IMG/VR virus record: IMGVR_UViG_3300033145_000910
Span: 1-24,044 of that record
Source of the DNA: a virus
Lineage: Duplodnaviria > Caudoviricetes
DNA: 24,044 nt
Direction: 5' to 3' (one strand)
Below are positions 1-9,227 of the stretch, one piece after another. The notes beneath the pieces were generated by a model. It saw only the letters and a program-made list of their open reading frames with translations. It ran no database searches and was not told the origin of the DNA. The position numbers and the translations under genes were made by a program. Numbering within the stretch: the first letter of the stretch is position 1; every line of letters starts with the position of its first letter.

Positions 1-749
1 AGGGCGTTTTTGCCCCATATCCGGCTGTAGCTTACAGACGACTCAGCAGTGCCCTCAGGAGAAGTGGTGTAAATTGCACGCCCGATTAACACTTTGTCGA
101 ACTCCGTCAGGGCCTTGAATAGGTCAACGGTAACCTGTCCCCGCTGGGTGTACTTGATCAGGTCGATCAGGTCCGGGTGCCATTTTAGCTTCAGCCAGAC
201 CTGTTTGCCCATGACGAAGACGTTGGGCTCCCGGCCGATAAGTGCCTCTACCGTATCCTTGTAGTCGTCGATATCGGTCAAAGGGCTGGAGTTGGCATAG
301 TCTGACCACTGGGTAAAGTCCGCCCCGCCAGTTTTGTCTGTGCCCCAAACGCCGGTGGTAAAGAAGTCAGTTGCAAAAGCAACTTCCCGGCGCATCTGGA
401 GCTTATCCGTCACCCATTCGGTTGCGTCTCGGTCGAGGTTGAACGGCGCATCAGCGTTCTTCCTGGTCTCGTCGTCAATTTCCTTCCTGATCGAATACCG
501 GTCGCAGAAGTATTTGGCAGTAGTTGTCACCTTCCAACCGCCGCCGGCAGACTTGGTGCCGGGCGCGCGCAGCTTGGCCTCATCCCGGAACCAGTGAGAC
601 TGATCATACTGCGGGGCGATGTCGGACTGCTTATTCACCTCTACGATCGGGAATATCTGGTCAGCGATATATTCGGGGTTTTTGTAGGCAATGGAAATGT
701 TGGTCAGCAGTTGGTCTATATGCAATGTGCTTGCTACAGGGTTAGGCAT
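1..749 (-). CDS. Major capsid protein (HK97-fold, Phage_cap_E-like), 3' end outside the window
   Basis: Absent from the ORF track; translated by hand from ATG at 749 (RBS AAGGAGTG): MPNPVASTLHIDQLLTNISIAYKNPEYIADQIFPIVEVNKQSD...WSDYANSSPLTDI...HPDLIDLIKYT...IWGKNAL, open to the edge. It follows the scaffold and DUF2190 genes. Confidence 0.85.
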   Translation of the reverse strand, partial: MPNPVASTLHIDQLLTNISIAYKNPEYIADQIFPIVEVNKQSDIAPQYDQSHWFRDEAKLRAPGTKSAGGGWKVTTTAKYFCDRYSIRKEIDDETRKNADAPFNLDRDATEWVTDKLQMRREVAFATDFFTTGVWGTDKTGGADFTQWSDYANSSPLTDIDDYKDTVEALIGREPNVFVMGKQVWLKLKWHPDLIDLIKYTQRGQVTVDLFKALTEFDKVLIGRAIYTTSPEGTAESSVSYSRIWGKNA

Positions 750-782
750 TACTAATCACTCCTTTTTTTTCTGATTGCTAAA

Positions 783-1172
783 TCAAGCCGTACTCAGAGT
801 AAACGGCCCGGTCAGCAGGACACGGATAACCGTGCCGTCGGCAGACGAGGCATCAAGTGCAAAACCAACAATAAAATCTTTGTCGGCTGACTTTTTAACG
901 GCCTTGCCACTTGCGTCAGTGCCGACGTAGTCCCAAACGCCAATGCTGGTGCTAGAACCGTCAGATACAACCTTACTAACACCGAGCACTCTCACTTGCG
1001 CCGCATGGCCTGCCGTAGGTTTATTCTGCAGCACACCGATTGGTTTGTCCCCCACGTTATTGCAGACATCTACTTGGTCAGCGGCGTTCAGTTTAACGAA
1101 GTGATACTGTTTCGCGCTCAGGTCATTTCCAGCCTTTGCGCTGGTGTCAAAAACAGCCATCTCGGTTGCCAT
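783..1172 (-). CDS. DUF2190-like capsid cement/decoration protein
   Basis: 129 aa, Gly/Ala-rich beta protein (QYHFVKL...PIGVLQNKP...VGFALDAS..DGTVIRVLL); strong RBS GGAGGT; lies between scaffold and capsid. Confidence 0.7.
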   Translation of the reverse strand: MATEMAVFDTSAKAGNDLSAKQYHFVKLNAADQVDVCNNVGDKPIGVLQNKPTAGHAAQVRVLGVSKVVSDGSSTSIGVWDYVGTDASGKAVKKSADKDFIVGFALDASSADGTVIRVLLTGPFTLSTA

Positions 1173-1187
1173 TAGTCATCTACCTCC

Positions 1188-2066
1188 TTAAATCTTGACC
1201 GCAGTCTCTTTGCGGTACTGTTCGTATAGTTGCGGATTTTCGGCCAGCACTTTTGCCAGCGCATCCATCCTGCTCAAGTTGGCATCTTTCTGCACCAGCC
1301 CGGCTGCCATGGCCTCAACCTTGGCTACAGCGGAGTCGCCAGCAGAAGTTCCACCACGGCCAATTTCAGCGTATAGTGCACCTTTCTCGATAGCCTCATT
1401 AGCCGCCTTCAACACACCTTCGAGTTTGGAGTACTCTTCCGGCGCTTTCTCAGCCAGGTTCTTCAGCACCAGGCCAAATTCTTCCGGCTTGACCGGCAGA
1501 TTGGTAAACTCGTCAGCGGCCTTCTGGATAAATTCCTTGCGAAGTTGCTTGTCGCGCTCTTCCTTGAGTACCCTCTCAAGCTCTTCGGCTTTTTTGACGG
1601 CTTCCTGCTGCTCTTTCCAGAGAGCTTCTACGGCTGGGCGGACTTCCTCAGGAATGCCGGAAAAGTCCCAACTGCCGTCCTCTTTCTTTGTCGGTGCAGG
1701 ATAACCGTACTTTTTCTTCTTGTCCTCTCCCTCGTCTTTCTTCTCCTTAGCTTTCTCGGTCGGTGCCGGATAGCCGTAGCCGGCCAATTCAGCCAAGGTC
1801 TTCATGATGTCTTTAGGCAGTTCGTCCTTATATGCGTTGAGCAGCCGTAAAGCTCCTTTTACGGCGTTCTGTGCCTTACCGGACAGCTTAGCTGCCTTCA
1901 GAACTTCTTCGACCTTCTGTTCGTCATCAAGTTCGGTTTCTAAAACAGCTTTCAGGATTTCTTCCATAGGTGAATCATCCTCCTTAAAAATTAAAAAGCG
2001 CTTTTTGTTAGCGCCCTTTGGTACTAAACTCACTTCTACAGCGTCCAAGTCTTTCAGTCTGTTCAC
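1188..2066 (-). CDS. Capsid scaffolding protein with an N-terminal XkdF/S78-like EVSLV segment
   Basis: N-terminus LKDLDAVEVSLVPKGANKKRFLIFK followed by acidic coiled coil; YGYPAPT occurs twice; located between protease and capsid. Confidence 0.7.
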   Translation of the reverse strand: MNRLKDLDAVEVSLVPKGANKKRFLIFKEDDSPMEEILKAVLETELDDEQKVEEVLKAAKLSGKAQNAVKGALRLLNAYKDELPKDIMKTLAELAGYGYPAPTEKAKEKKDEGEDKKKKYGYPAPTKKEDGSWDFSGIPEEVRPAVEALWKEQQEAVKKAEELERVLKEERDKQLRKEFIQKAADEFTNLPVKPEEFGLVLKNLAEKAPEEYSKLEGVLKAANEAIEKGALYAEIGRGGTSAGDSAVAKVEAMAAGLVQKDANLSRMDALAKVLAENPQLYEQYRKETAVKI

Positions 2067-2069
2067 ACG

Positions 2070-3374
2070 TTATGCCACCTCCTCACGAATCCCAAAGCCC
2101 CCGACACTAAAGCCGGTGTATTCACCTTTCTTGACAGCATTCCAGAGTCTGTCATCGGAGATATGCACTCCAAGTATCCAGCTTCCTTTCTTCACTTTTT
2201 GCCCGCCCCATTCAAAGTCCATCGGAGCGATGTAGCTCTCTACGACCTCGGCTTTCGCTTTTTTGCTGTGCCTGTCGCCGACAATCCTGGACTTTACCAA
2301 AAAACGGTGAGCCGCTTTTTCGATTTCATCAGCGGAAATAATATCACCCTGGCTGTCTACAGTGTCAGGCTCCAGAACCACTCCATAAACTAGCCTTTGT
2401 TCCTCATCTGCTTTGAGTATTGCGGCGTGGTACTCTTTAGTTATTTTGCCAGACTGCACGTTAATTTTTTGTGGTTTGCCTCCTTCTTTTGGGTTACGCC
2501 AAATTAACCATCTCTGTCCCTTCCGCTTCAGTTCGCTTATGACATCAGCAAGTTCGCGCTTCTCAGCATACGGCGTCTGGTCTTCCGGCTTGTCAATCAG
2601 CCAGACCCTGCGCCCACCGGCAACTGGCGCATACTCAATCAAAAATCTGCCCTTGAGTTTTTCGCCGTGCAGGAACAGCTCCAGCATATGCTCACGCCAG
2701 ACGCCGATCTCATAGGTGCCATGGTCAATGGCGAAAAACTTACTGTATTTCTCACTCGTAGCTCCTACCTCACCCGGCTCGGTTACCATCGGCTTATCAA
2801 CGCCTACATTCAGCCAGGCTTTAGGCATGGACAACTTGAACTGTCCTTGCAGGTTATCATCCTTAGGTAGAGTTATTAGCCTGTCGCCACCTGCTTTCCG
2901 GTTTTCCTCGGTCGTGCCCAGGAACACACTGAAGCCCCACAATTCGCCATCGGCTTCAAATCTGAGATCGCCATGAAGCGAGTGGTTGGTCTTTAGAAGC
3001 TCATTCTCAAGCCCGCGCCAGTGGTGGTGATACACAAAACGCCCCTTGCCATCGGGCGGATACATCTTGTGCCAGTTCTCTTTCCAGAACTTCTCCGCTA
3101 TTTCAGCCCTAGTGTCGCCTTCTTCGCCCAGGCGATCAGCTTTTTTCACTTGCTCTAAAGCCCGCTTAATCTGCTTTATCTTACGGGCCACCTCGCCACT
3201 GTCCCCAAACCGCCGTACCGCCGCCGGATGCGGCAAAACGAAATCCGCCCGGTCTCCCAGAGCGGATTTGGCAGTCTGGCCTAACGCGACTATGATCTGT
3301 GGGTTGGCCTTGTCTAATTCACCAAACAGCCAGTCGCGCCATTCTTCTATCTCCTGCTCGTTAGGCTCCCTCAC
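2070..3374 (-). CDS. C-terminal part of the polyprotein: UDG C-half, LigD-type 3'-phosphoesterase-like domain, XkdF-type prohead serine protease
   Basis: UDG: REPNEQEI..L..E....PQIIVALG...HPAAVRR. PE-like: FVYHHH...HGDLRFE...IDHGTY...LHGEKLKGRF...WLIDK. XkdF: LVYGVVLEPDTVDSQGD..SADEIEKAAHRF...VVESYIAP...KKGSW...GEYTGFSVGG. Confidence 0.8.
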   Translation of the reverse strand: MREPNEQEIEEWRDWLFGELDKANPQIIVALGQTAKSALGDRADFVLPHPAAVRRFGDSGEVARKIKQIKRALEQVKKADRLGEEGDTRAEIAEKFWKENWHKMYPPDGKGRFVYHHHWRGLENELLKTNHSLHGDLRFEADGELWGFSVFLGTTEENRKAGGDRLITLPKDDNLQGQFKLSMPKAWLNVGVDKPMVTEPGEVGATSEKYSKFFAIDHGTYEIGVWREHMLELFLHGEKLKGRFLIEYAPVAGGRRVWLIDKPEDQTPYAEKRELADVISELKRKGQRWLIWRNPKEGGKPQKINVQSGKITKEYHAAILKADEEQRLVYGVVLEPDTVDSQGDIISADEIEKAAHRFLVKSRIVGDRHSKKAKAEVVESYIAPMDFEWGGQKVKKGSWILGVHISDDRLWNAVKKGEYTGFSVGGFGIREEVA

Positions 3375-5698
3375 CCTGCCTCTATCGGGCCAAGCGGTTT
3401 AAGGTAAAGTTCCTTGAACGTCTCTCCGCTAGGACCTGTAAACGGCTCTCCTCTGGCCGCTTCAACTCTGCCGGGAGAAGCACCCACGAAAGCTAGTTTT
3501 GCGTTTTTAGGTCCCCGACTGGGAACTATGTCTTGTGTCGATTTCTGAAGCACTTGGCCGCGTTTTGCTATGTCTATAGCTTGCGCGGCAGTGTATGGAG
3601 TTTTGCGCGTTTTATCCACATCAACCACGCGGGCACCGAGCCAGGCAAGTTCTTTCTTTTCCTCATCCGGGATAAGTTCCAAAACTTCAACTGTTAGCAC
3701 ATTCCCTTTATTTGCATCGATGGATGTTGAAAATGTTTTACCTAGATTGATATACGTCTTGCCGTTAAGTTCTGCCGTGTTCTCCCAATTCATACCAACG
3801 CTTGGAAGTAGCCCGCCCCAATAGTTGTATGCACCGGCTTTCGTTTTTTGTTTATCGAGAACGATAACTTTTAACTCGATAATTCTTTTTACTTTACTCC
3901 ATTCATCTGTAGCCCCGTCCAGTTCATACTTCCCGCTAGCCGTCTTTGCCACAAGCCCTTCCGAGTGATCCTGATTGAATGCCCACCGAGCAGCAACCTT
4001 GAGTTCCTTCAAATTGTTGCACCATTTGATTTGGGTAATGGCAAAATTTTTCTTGCCTTTCAAGTACTTGTTAAAGAACTGTTCCAGTTTTTCCCTGCGT
4101 TCTTTAAATGGCTTTTCGTGCAAGTCCTCATTCCAATAAGGTATATCAAATACAGTTAAGGTTGGCACTTCGTTTTCAGCAAACTCTGGCTTTTCTCGAT
4201 TAAACTTCATCAAATCAGGCCTTGGCACTCGTTTGCCATTGCGAAACATTCCTAAATCACAATCTAGAATAAAATCATCATCTATTTTTTCAAGCACAGC
4301 TTTTATTTCAGGGAATTTATGCAATTGGTCTTTGCCAAGCTGGCCTTCAAACCAAAGTTCAACGCGAGAACCGTCTTTCTGCACTATGGAGCGGAAGCCG
4401 TTTTCCTTGGCTTCTACATCGAACGGGACTTTACCTTTGCCCCATTTCTCCCAAAGCTCATCGACTGTATATAGCTCCGTATACAGCGCCACTTGGGGCT
4501 TCGGCGGAGTAAACTTCTCGAACGGTGCAAGCCTCGCTTTAGTCACCGTTTCTGGCTTGCGGAGCACGCCCCGCACGTACACCAGATCGCCGCCTTTGAC
4601 TTCCTCCAGCTTTTCAACCTCAAATTTTGGCCTGCCCTCCAGTAGATCGTCTTGAGTCCAGAAGGCAAAACTCGACTTATTCCAGTAGCTTACATGCCCT
4701 GGATGATTGAAGGCCCCTTCTCCCTTAGTGCTCGGTACCTCGAAGACGAATTTGCCGCCGGGCTTCAGCACTCGGTGGATTTCGGCCATGATCCGCTCCT
4801 TATCGCTCAAATGCTCAAGCACATGATTAGCTCTGATTTCGTCTGCGCTGTTATCAGGATAGGGTATGCCTTGTTCTAAATCGTGTACTACATCTACCTG
4901 TGGACTGGGTTCTTTATCTAATCCCACGTATCCCTCAGGCTTAGCGTTGCCACAACCCAGATCCAACTTCAATGCTTCGCCTTTAATTATCTCCCGCTTA
5001 AACTTCTGCTTCCGCCTCAACACTAAATCAAAGATGGGCAGGTGATCCCCATGTGGTCCAGTCGGCCCGTCGATATAATGAAGTAGACCCTTCTTTTCAG
5101 GGTCAAGCACCTTCCGCACCGGCAACCACACGTTCTGCGCCTGTACTAAGAAATTGTCTCCGCTTTCGTCCCGGTCAGCACGGAATAACACATCTATGTC
5201 TTCTGGCTCCTCTTTATCGATGGCTGCAGAACCCACCACGCAGACAAAGTTGGGCACCACAACAACTTCTTCTGGAAGTTGGGCCAGTTTTGCTTCGATG
5301 CTCTGAGCCTTCTTCACATCGCGCAGCTTCTTCGTTTCCTGTGCCAGTTCGCTGTCCTCGTCATACTGAAAGCCCCGGCGGTCGAACTCTTCCATGACCC
5401 ATACGGAGGCGTTTATTATCTCTTCGGTCGGGTCCTTGCGCTTCTTGGCCGCACTATACCACTGGTGGAGTCGTCTCCACGCGTTCAGTACTTCTTCATC
5501 CGGTGCGTCCTTTAGTTTATCAGGACGCATCTCGGTTAGAGCCATCTTCTCCAAGAAGGACGGCTCTTCCGGCTCGCGCCAGCGGGCTTTGCCACCTGCC
5601 ACTGGCATGGCGGCCTGATGTATAACTTTCCAAGCCCAGTCCGGCAGTATCTCTTTAGCTTTTTCTAGAGCTATCTCAAGATACTCTTTGCTTGGCAT
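3371..5698 (-). CDS. N-terminal part of the polyprotein: helical domain, Pol-beta-like NTase, SAM methyltransferase, ATP-dependent DNA ligase, UDG N-half
   Basis: Likely start is ATG 5698 (TAATG overlap with the MuF stop, RBS GAGGA). Motifs: VVGSA...EDIDVLF (~5233); LDLGCG...HDLEQGIPY...HVLEHL...RVLKPGG (~4970-4750); KENGFR, FILDCD, VFDIPY, EGLVAK, WSKVK (ligase, ~4410-3890); GPKNAKLAFVGASPG..E...GEPFTGPSG (UDG, ~3515-3425). Confidence 0.8.
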   Translation of the reverse strand: MPSKEYLEIALEKAKEILPDWAWKVIHQAAMPVAGGKARWREPEEPSFLEKMALTEMRPDKLKDAPDEEVLNAWRRLHQWYSAAKKRKDPTEEIINASVWVMEEFDRRGFQYDEDSELAQETKKLRDVKKAQSIEAKLAQLPEEVVVVPNFVCVVGSAAIDKEEPEDIDVLFRADRDESGDNFLVQAQNVWLPVRKVLDPEKKGLLHYIDGPTGPHGDHLPIFDLVLRRKQKFKREIIKGEALKLDLGCGNAKPEGYVGLDKEPSPQVDVVHDLEQGIPYPDNSADEIRANHVLEHLSDKERIMAEIHRVLKPGGKFVFEVPSTKGEGAFNHPGHVSYWNKSSFAFWTQDDLLEGRPKFEVEKLEEVKGGDLVYVRGVLRKPETVTKARLAPFEKFTPPKPQVALYTELYTVDELWEKWGKGKVPFDVEAKENGFRSIVQKDGSRVELWFEGQLGKDQLHKFPEIKAVLEKIDDDFILDCDLGMFRNGKRVPRPDLMKFNREKPEFAENEVPTLTVFDIPYWNEDLHEKPFKERREKLEQFFNKYLKGKKNFAITQIKWCNNLKELKVAARWAFNQDHSEGLVAKTASGKYELDGATDEWSKVKRIIELKVIVLDKQKTKAGAYNYWGGLLPSVGMNWENTAELNGKTYINLGKTFSTSIDANKGNVLTVEVLELIPDEEKKELAWLGARVVDVDKTRKTPYTAAQAIDIAKRGQVLQKSTQDIVPSRGPKNAKLAFVGASPGRVEAARGEPFTGPSGETFKELYLKPLGPIEAG

Positions 5699-6582
5699 TA
5701 TAGATTCCTCACTTCCACTAATCCACACGCGCATCTACAATTAACATGAATAGGAGGATGCATTTTCGGTCCATAAGGCGTATCGAACGACGCATTAATC
5801 GACTTCCGCTGCCCATCAATCGACAAGCATTGGGGGCACCTTCTGTCGTCCGGGGTTGTGATATACTCCTTCATAAAATTAGCTGGTAGCAAACCTTTAT
5901 CTTTCGCATCTAACCAGGCCAAGTGCTGGCCAGCATTGCTTGCGGTCAATGTTTCTGTACGGGCTATGGTCTCAGCCCTGTCCCGCAACAGCCTCTCAGC
6001 ATAAGCCTCTGCCCGTTTATCGGCCTCGGCTCTACTAATCCCATCCTCAATCAACCTTCGCCTAAAGTTCTCTACTGCCCGGCTTTGGCGCTCCGTCAGC
6101 CCTATGTGCTGCCTTATCTTCTTCGCCTGCTCGTACGGGTGGCCGCCTTCCTCAAATGCCTGGCGGACTATAGCCCGTATTGCCTGGCGGCTTTCTTCCG
6201 TAACCTGCGTGATCAGCTCACCCGTGTGCTGGTTTATAAACTCAACCGCCCTGGGGTTGAGCAGGTCAAATCGAAGCTCCGCTTTCAGTTTTTCGCCCAG
6301 CCTCCGGGCGGTGGCTTTTCCCACTACTATGCCTAGCCCCGCGCCGAACACAGCCCAGTCAATCATGTTTTCTACACTAGCCAGGTCATTATTTTCCAAC
6401 GCCTCCGCCATCCTGGAAACAACAACCTCCGCTTGGGTCGCCGCTACCGCCATCAAGAAAGCCTTTTTTGTTCTGTTTAGCTTGCTATCAGCCACCCTAT
6501 GCAGCAGCTTCCATTCGGGGTCTTTCGGGTTGACAGCTTTCAAAATATACTGTTTCGGTGGCCTCGATCTGAAATACATCAT
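5698..6582 (-). CDS. Phage Mu F / SPP1 gp7-like minor head (head morphogenesis) protein
   Basis: RAETIARTE...KEYITTPDDRRCPQC...HPPIHVNCRC signature; directly after the portal. Confidence 0.9.
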   Translation of the reverse strand: MMYFRSRPPKQYILKAVNPKDPEWKLLHRVADSKLNRTKKAFLMAVAATQAEVVVSRMAEALENNDLASVENMIDWAVFGAGLGIVVGKATARRLGEKLKAELRFDLLNPRAVEFINQHTGELITQVTEESRQAIRAIVRQAFEEGGHPYEQAKKIRQHIGLTERQSRAVENFRRRLIEDGISRAEADKRAEAYAERLLRDRAETIARTETLTASNAGQHLAWLDAKDKGLLPANFMKEYITTPDDRRCPQCLSIDGQRKSINASFDTPYGPKMHPPIHVNCRCACGLVEVRNL

Positions 6583-7862
6583 TCTTCCTCCACACCCCTA
6601 CTCGGCAGGTTGGCAACTTCGAGTAAATATTTCTCGAGTTCTTTATTGGGAAATAATGGCATACCAGCCCCGCTAAGCCGTTGGATAAATTCCCCAAGTT
6701 CGCTTAATTCTACGCTCTCAATGTCACCGTGGCGAAGCTCAGGATAATTCTCAACCTTAAAATCGTTCAACTTGAACAGTCTCGGCACCGCGTGCGTGTT
6801 AAACACGTCCTCAATCTCGTCCAGGAAAGCGCCGATGGCCATAGCAAACAGGTTAGTTTTGGAACTTGCCAAAGCATAACTCCCGACCTTCTGCGTCCCC
6901 AACATGATGAAGTCTGCCAACACCGTCTGCGCTATCTGCGTATTGTAACGTTGAATAATTGTACTAGTGTCGAACTGCCGCCTGCCCCCGGTGGAAAGCA
7001 GCTGAATATCATACAACTTGTTTCCTCTTTCATCGTAGAGCAGCGGCATAACCACGCCTTCCTGCTGGTCGCGACGGATTTTGGTCACCAGGTCTTTAAA
7101 TTTTTGCAGGGCTGTTCTTTCTTCATTCGTCTGTGGACTAGCCACATTCGGCGGCACCCAGACCACGGGCAATCCGGCCAGGTCGCGCTCGACGCCGATA
7201 CCTTCGATAGTTTCGACGTTCTTTTTAAAATAGAAAGGCCTATAGCAATTCCTGAGTATGCTTCTGCCTTCCGGCGATCCTTTGGTCGCCTCTGTCCTAA
7301 AAAGCAGCGACTTTTCTATCGGGATTTCCCTGATTTTGTAATCCGGCGGCGCGCTTTGCCGCATAGCTTGTATGCCGCCTTCCTCGTCGAAAATCCACTC
7401 GACCAGCGTCTCCTGCGCCCGTATGGGGAGTTTGCGCCAGCCTATTCTATGATCAGCGTATTTACTGCGCCGCGAGGGGTCCCGACTATCTCCCTCTCTC
7501 CGTTTGTAGACTATTTCATGCCAGGACCACCCGAAAACCAGCATAGACAGAACTTCGCTGATTGTATCTTGCCAAGACATGGACATGTCATAAAGACAGG
7601 ATTCGAGGAACGCTGTCGCTTCCCTGTCAGCATTGCTGCTACCTGCCGCTTCTACTCGCCATGCAACCTGACGACAGAGCATCTTTATTGCGAATAAAAT
7701 AGCACCTATGATCGGATCGTTGTCCCGCATTTCTTTGTAGACCCGAATAGCTTTGGTTCCCTGGAGCTCAGGCAGCCATTCCTCGGCAATGTAGCCGCCC
7801 CAGCGGGAAAGCCCGGATGAGCCTAGCTCCAACATTATCTCTTTTCTTGTCAGTTCAGACAT
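6579..7862 (-). CDS. Portal protein (DUF935 / Mu gp29-like)
   Basis: EMRDNDPII, LSMLVFGWSWHEIVYK, GSPEGRSILR, GIGVERDLAGLP, GSYALAS; follows TerL. Confidence 0.88.
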   Translation of the reverse strand: MSELTRKEIMLELGSSGLSRWGGYIAEEWLPELQGTKAIRVYKEMRDNDPIIGAILFAIKMLCRQVAWRVEAAGSSNADREATAFLESCLYDMSMSWQDTISEVLSMLVFGWSWHEIVYKRREGDSRDPSRRSKYADHRIGWRKLPIRAQETLVEWIFDEEGGIQAMRQSAPPDYKIREIPIEKSLLFRTEATKGSPEGRSILRNCYRPFYFKKNVETIEGIGVERDLAGLPVVWVPPNVASPQTNEERTALQKFKDLVTKIRRDQQEGVVMPLLYDERGNKLYDIQLLSTGGRRQFDTSTIIQRYNTQIAQTVLADFIMLGTQKVGSYALASSKTNLFAMAIGAFLDEIEDVFNTHAVPRLFKLNDFKVENYPELRHGDIESVELSELGEFIQRLSGAGMPLFPNKELEKYLLEVANLPSRGVEEE

Positions 7863-7865
7863 ATG

Positions 7866-9227
7866 CTATCGCCTCCAAATGCTTCTGCCGTCAATGCCGG
7901 TAGGAGCTAGAACGGGCACAGTGGACATGCTCAACTGAAGAAATGCGCCGCTCACAGCGTCCACCATGTCATCGTGCGCCCCGTTCGGGAATGCTTCGGC
8001 CTCATCAAGGAAATCGTTCACCCACGTTCCCCTGACCAGTTTTATATTGCCCGCCTCCGCCTGCGAGCTGACGGGATTGGCACGTGTCTCTTTGTCTCCG
8101 GTAGTCTTAACCCCGTAAAAAACAAAACCGGCCAGAATGTTCCGCCGGTAGTGATCGATTATGCTTTTGCCGCTTGACCCTGGTTCCTGCTCCATGCATA
8201 TTGTCACCCCGCGCCCGTCCAGCTGGGCCGTCTGTTTTACCAAAGCCTCCACGCCCGCCGGGGTCGTTCTCGTCCTCTTTATATCGACAATGTAGTAAAT
8301 TCCCTGTTTGCTCCGCCCGACCAAGGCCCCGGCAGTCCAGTCCGGGTCTTTTCCTTTCTTCGGTTCCGTTGCTGCTAAGTCCCAGTAACGCACAAGTTTT
8401 ATGTCGGCAGGAGCGGCGTCCACTATCCCGAACCACTCGCGCTTAAACTTGTTTCCGTCCTGCCGCGCCGACCAGTCACCGTTCAACAGCTGTCTTCTCG
8501 TGGCTGGATCAAGCTGCATTAGACTGGATATATACTCATCTTGATCAAGGTATGGGTTGTCCTCCAGCCTCGCAGGAATGAAAGGCCGGTTTTTCTCCGG
8601 CCCCTCAACGATGAACCTCTGTTTTACCCATTCATGCCCCTCGCCGCCAGGGTTAGATGCGGCCCTCATCCTAAGCGGCACTTTTGCGTTTTTTAGCCGG
8701 CGCAGGCGGCTGAATAGATACTTATACTGACCCTCGGTAAACTGGGTTAATTCATCAAATGCTATATATTGAAATTCTGATGATTGGTAGCGATACTTAT
8801 CCTTCTCGGTCTCTAGGTAACCAAACGTCAAAGTGGCGCCGCTGGGGAATATCCACGTTTTCTCTTTATCATTCCACTTTGCCGCCGTCCCAGAAAGCCA
8901 TTCGGCAGCGCGATCCATTAAAGCGCCGGGTAAAGCTAGGTCCGTATAAGTTCTCCTTAGTATCAAAGCGGAATAACCCGGTACTTCTACATATTGAAGA
9001 GCAGCCATAAGCAAGGCATTACTTTTACCGCCGCCAGCACTACCTCCATAGAACGCTTCCTTGTGCGGTAATAGAAGAAACTTAGCTTGTTTTGTGGTAG
9101 GATCATGTGGTATCCAGGGATTTTCTAGAATCGTTACCCGCATCAAAGCTCGATAGTATGCTTCGTCCAGACAAATCCCGGTAGATGTCTGCGTACTGTT
9201 CGATTCGGTAAGTAATGTCGTGCTCAT
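7866..9227 (-). CDS. terL: Terminase large subunit (Terminase_6 ATPase plus RNase H-like nuclease)
   Basis: Walker A YGGSAGGGKS, Walker B YIAFDELTQF, ASNPGGEGHEWVK, nuclease motifs YWDLAAT and HDDMVDAVSGA; RBS GAGGTG upstream of ATG 9227. Confidence 0.95.
   Translation of the reverse strand: MSTTLLTESNSTQTSTGICLDEAYYRALMRVTILENPWIPHDPTTKQAKFLLLPHKEAFYGGSAGGGKSNALLMAALQYVEVPGYSALILRRTYTDLALPGALMDRAAEWLSGTAAKWNDKEKTWIFPSGATLTFGYLETEKDKYRYQSSEFQYIAFDELTQFTEGQYKYLFSRLRRLKNAKVPLRMRAASNPGGEGHEWVKQRFIVEGPEKNRPFIPARLEDNPYLDQDEYISSLMQLDPATRRQLLNGDWSARQDGNKFKREWFGIVDAAPADIKLVRYWDLAATEPKKGKDPDWTAGALVGRSKQGIYYIVDIKRTRTTPAGVEALVKQTAQLDGRGVTICMEQEPGSSGKSIIDHYRRNILAGFVFYGVKTTGDKETRANPVSSQAEAGNIKLVRGTWVNDFLDEAEAFPNGAHDDMVDAVSGAFLQLSMSTVPVLAPTGIDGRSIWRR

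Noticed and set aside
124-348. 74-aa minus-strand ORF
   Set aside because: An alternative frame inside the major capsid gene.
3371-3400. Programmed -1 ribosomal frameshift joining the two polyprotein halves
   Set aside because: No convincing slippery heptamer at the junction, and a conserved UDG segment is missing, so a deletion explains it better.
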